DNA of 59,985 bases, filler included. It is 9 parts of 9 records of this genome, joined end to end, with 100 filler letters (N's around TTAATTAATTAA, not from the genome) between each part and the next. Parts side by side here need not be neighbours in the genome. Positions count along the whole stretch, not along the records: positions 54,157 to 59,985 come from SRR31156797_52348; 8 more parts are not named here. One strand, written 5' to 3'. The number at the start of each line of letters is the position of its first letter. The first letter of the stretch is position 1. Under the pieces are notes generated by a model that did no database searches, had not been told where the DNA came from, and saw nothing but the letters and a program-made list of their open reading frames with translations. The translations under genes were made by a program, and so were the position numbers. Of the stretch, positions 58,686-59,985 are shown in pieces.

Positions 58686-59985
58686 TTAATTAGCCAGCCA
58701 ATTAATCAACCAGCAGGCGCCTTGTTCCTGGTCCAGCTTCCAATCTCCTTCCAATTGGTCAGTAACAAGTTCCGTTACCAACCTCAATCCTAAAGTTTTT
58801 ATGCTGTGTATATCAAAATCAGGCGGAAGTCCCGAACCATTATCGGCTATAGTCATTACGATACGGTTGTCAGGTTCATAAGCGGCTTTTAACTTGATTT
58901 CCAGTCCGGATCCGGTTGGTACGGCATATTTCAATGCATTTGTGACAAGTTCCGTCACAATGAGTCCGCAAGGAACCGCATATTCTACCTTTAAGGTCAC
59001 TTCTTCGGCCTGGATTTCAATACTCGCCGATCCGGCCATGGGAGTATAAACCTGCAGAATGTGATCTGTCAGACTTTCCAGGTATAACTGGAAATTGATC
59101 TCTGAAAGATTTTCGGATTGGTATAAAGTCTCGTGCACAAAGGCCATGGATTGCACTCTGCTCTCGGCTTCGGTAAAAGCATTCAACGCCCTCTGATCAT
59201 CAATTTTATCAGCCTGAAGACTCAGTAAGCTGGACACAACCTGCATATTGTTCTTAACCCGGTGGTGAATTTCCCTCAACAGGGCTTCTTTCTCCTTTAA
59301 GGCTTCCCGGGTGCGTTCCTCAGACCGCTTGATGTCGGTGATATCCACCCTGAACCCGACTGTGCTTCCGTCTCTTGTTTTGCACTCTGAAATTTTTAGC
59401 CAACGCCCATTATCCAATTTCTGCTCAAAGCTGCTATTAGCGGAGTTATGCAGTTCCATTCTATCCGCCACATATTCATCTACTCTGCCGGTTGCCCCGG
59501 CATATTGCCCGTGCTCGGCGCCATACCTGATGACGTCCTCGAAACGTGCGCCGGGAACAAGGGCTTCAGCCGATTCCTTATATATTTCTATATATTTGGC
59601 ATTAAACATGGTTAAACGATCCTCGGCGTCATACAGTGCAAATCCTTCATCAATTGCATCAATAGCCGCCCAAAGTCGCTCCTCGCTTAACTGCCTGGCC
59701 TTTTCAGCCTCTATGCGCTCGGTGATATCCCTGGAAATGCCGAATATCGCATCCTGATTATCCCATGTTCCCAGTGTGACCTTGGTTTCCACCGAAATAA
59801 GGTTTCCACTTTTTGTTAGTAAAGGAATTGGACAATGCGTGGCCCTGCCTTCCAGCATTTCTTTAACTATGGCCGCCGCCTCCTCACGCCTATCCGGGGG
59901 GTGAACGTCCAAAACATTAAGACCGGCCAATTCCTCTACCGAATACCCCAGTCGTTTTTCCACGACAGGATTGTATCCGACAATA
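58686..59985 (-). CDS. PAS-domain sensor histidine kinase (HisKA_2 type), 5'-truncated
   Basis: Two PAS domains; EIHHRVKNNMQ, ELVTNALKYA, DNGSG, TLGL. Confidence 0.92.
   Translation of the reverse strand, partial: IVGYNPVVEKRLGYSVEELAGLNVLDVHPPDRREEAAAIVKEMLEGRATHCPIPLLTKSGNLISVETKVTLGTWDNQDAIFGISRDITERIEAEKARQLSEERLWAAIDAIDEGFALYDAEDRLTMFNAKYIEIYKESAEALVPGARFEDVIRYGAEHGQYAGATGRVDEYVADRMELHNSANSSFEQKLDNGRWLKISECKTRDGSTVGFRVDITDIKRSEERTREALKEKEALLREIHHRVKNNMQVVSSLLSLQADKIDDQRALNAFTEAESRVQSMAFVHETLYQSENLSEINFQLYLESLTDHILQVYTPMAGSASIEIQAEEVTLKVEYAVPCGLIVTELVTNALKYAVPTGSGLEIKLKAAYEPDNRIVMTIADNGSGLPPDFDIHSIKTLGLRLVTELVTDQLEGDWKLDQEQGACWLINWLAN

Overview
This window is not one locus. It is nine unrelated contigs joined by 100-nt N spacers that carry a TTAATTAATTAA all-frame stop, so synteny across spacers means nothing. 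(1) 1-5966, Desulfobacterota-like: c-di-GMP-I (GEMM-I) riboswitch with a long P3 insertion, then a PEP-CTERM protein, a PstS-fold exported protein, two exported FKBP chaperones and a TpsB/ShlB pore. (2) 6067-11664: cysS-uvrB-uvrC. (3) 11765-20303: Tat metallophosphoesterase plus a SoxA/TsdA-like cytochrome c, a cytoplasmic Mo/W-bisPGD enzyme, and an XRE regulator with acyl-CoA dehydrogenase and ferredoxin-fused EtfAB. (4) 20404-26053, an AT-rich plasmid/phage-like replicon: ParA plus a non-ParB partner, a wHTH replication initiator with an attenuator-like leader, an orphan DNA-hypermodification-family enzyme (aGPT-Pplase1/5hmdU-kinase helical), a Zn-ribbon/DUF4258-like protein, and a protein of two sigma70 region-1.1-like repeats, with repeated UUCG hairpins between genes. 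(5) 26154-31549: HAD hydrolase and a GldAFG-like ABC system. (6) 31650-38001: cheB-cheW-cheA, U32 peptidase, tRNA-Arg(CCU), LysM protein. (7) 38102-43379, Bacteroidales-like: tandem secreted Ig-domain proteins with a shared C-terminal motif. (8) 43480-54056, alphaproteobacterial: Sel1 protein, low-GC FHA gene, orphan terminase small subunit behind a perfect sigma70 promoter, zntB, bactofilin, nth, ada-like, dapB, dnaJ, dnaK. (9) 54157-59985: MCP, enoyl-CoA hydratase, and a PAS kinase/response regulator pair. The best candidates for novelty are contig 4, the riboswitch-led surface/secretion locus in contig 1, the SoxA/SoxB-like mini-module in contig 3 and the Ig-protein array in contig 7. All family calls come from motif recognition by eye; no database searches were run.
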